The notes beneath the pieces are model-generated. The model saw only the letters and a list, made by a program, of their open reading frames with translations. It had not been told where the DNA came from and made no database searches. This document shows positions 56,668 to 57,188 of a stretch of 57,188 bases of DNA, in pieces. Every line of letters begins with the position of its first letter. The first letter of the stretch is position 1. The stretch is from a virus. The DNA lies in the IMG/VR virus record IMGVR_UViG_3300050029_000117, positions 1 through 57,188 of that record. One strand, written 5' to 3'. The translations under genes and the position numbers were made by a program.

Positions 56668-57188
56668 CTATATATCAAAGTATGGATTTGCTCTGTATTT
56701 TATACCGTTCAAATCCATATGAACACCTGCATACGTACTAACACCGTATATTGTCACTGCTCCTGTGCTGCTATCTATTCGTAACTCAGCCGTGAATAAA
56801 CCTGTTGCCGTTGACACTGGGCGTAAAATAGATACACCACCAAGCGGTAAGTATCCAAGTGGTACTACAAATATTTGGGTTCCGTCCGTTAAAGTTCCGG
56901 CATTTATTGACCCTGACAATGTAACCCACTCCTGATCCGTTTTTTCCATAAGGGGCGGAGTTGCGTAAGTTACCCACCCACCGGTCAAAGTGATGGCTTT
57001 ACTTAACCCCATAGTACCTAAACCAGCATCCTGGATGATTAACGGGTACGTCGTTCGGTCATCTACAAGCGATCGCCAAGAAGGGTAAGACGGTGACCCA
57101 TTAATCATTATAAAGTTTTCTCTTGTTTCTGCACCCCGACATTTCACAGTGAGTTTAAGAGCGCACTGCGTAGCAGAAAAAGCCATTG
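56668..57188 (-). CDS. 3' part (C-terminal beta-sandwich domain) of the junction-spanning beta-helix depolymerase / tailspike-like gene
   Basis: In frame with 1..1373 through the 127-bp repeat. Combined gene length is 1767 nt (588 aa). Confidence 0.6.
   Translation of the reverse strand, partial: MAFSATQCALKLTVKCRGAETRENFIMINGSPSYPSWRSLVDDRTTYPLIIQDAGLGTMGLSKAITLTGGWVTYATPPLMEKTDQEWVTLSGSINAGTLTDGTQIFVVPLGYLPLGGVSILRPVSTATGLFTAELRIDSSTGAVTIYGVSTYAGVHMDLNGIKYRANPYFDI
57062..57188. repeat. second copy of the 127-bp terminal repeat
   Basis: Identical to 1..127. Confidence 0.9.

Noticed and set aside
1-57188. Diversity-generating retroelement acting on the fibre/spike genes
   Set aside because: No reverse transcriptase ORF was seen, and no template/variable repeat pair matching the fibre C-termini was found.

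Overview
This window is a complete, circularly closing genome of about 57,061 bp from a tailed dsDNA phage. Bases 1-127 are identical to 57062-57188, which looks like an assembler overlap, and one gene runs across that junction. The structural gene order resembles P22-type podoviruses.

Transcription diverges from a control region near 44950-45040.
- Rightward (+), 45121-55459: lipoprotein and membrane proteins, an HU/IHF-like protein, a DUF2800-type nuclease, an SSB-like protein, a short DnaN-like clamp, a frameshifted C5 DNA methyltransferase, a low-GC HNH endonuclease island on the opposite strand, and a family B DNA polymerase.
- Leftward (-), 44945 down to 34862: SF2 helicase, VRR-NUC nuclease, primase/SF3 helicase, a truncated N6 methyltransferase, and an acidic ArdA-like plus pentapeptide-repeat block.
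- A short + strand island at 33882-34801 interrupts the leftward genes.
- A second leftward block runs from 33427 down past base 1, wrapping to 55416: small early genes (two RHH proteins, a GroES-like protein, an HNH endonuclease), TerL, portal, scaffold, major capsid protein, decoration protein, adaptor and tail hub, three ejection-type proteins, tail-fibre-like and beta-helix depolymerase proteins, a GH24 endolysin and a membrane protein.

Gene calls rest on three things: pervasive ATGA/GTGA stop-start overlaps, GGAGG-type ribosome binding sites, and motifs read directly from the translations. Function names are motif-level inferences; no database search was possible.

The most unusual content is a set of enzyme genes translationally coupled inside the virion operon:
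- an ATP-grasp, GNAT and C39-like cysteine peptidase cassette next to a Lys/Glu-rich protein with a double-glycine-like N-terminus;
- a radical SAM enzyme between the tail hub and the ejection genes;
- a glycosyltransferase-methyltransferase fusion next to the capsid and decoration genes;
- an SGNH hydrolase with a signal peptide.

Other notable points:
- a family of about 130-aa mini paralogs of the major capsid protein, one of them split;
- Sec-type signal peptides on receptor-binding-like proteins;
- both DNA methyltransferase genes appear disrupted;
- a candidate replication origin with repeats;
- reused gene-junction cassettes;
- a consistent TTGACA-17 nt promoter architecture.

No tRNA, CRISPR array, integrase or reverse transcriptase was recognised.
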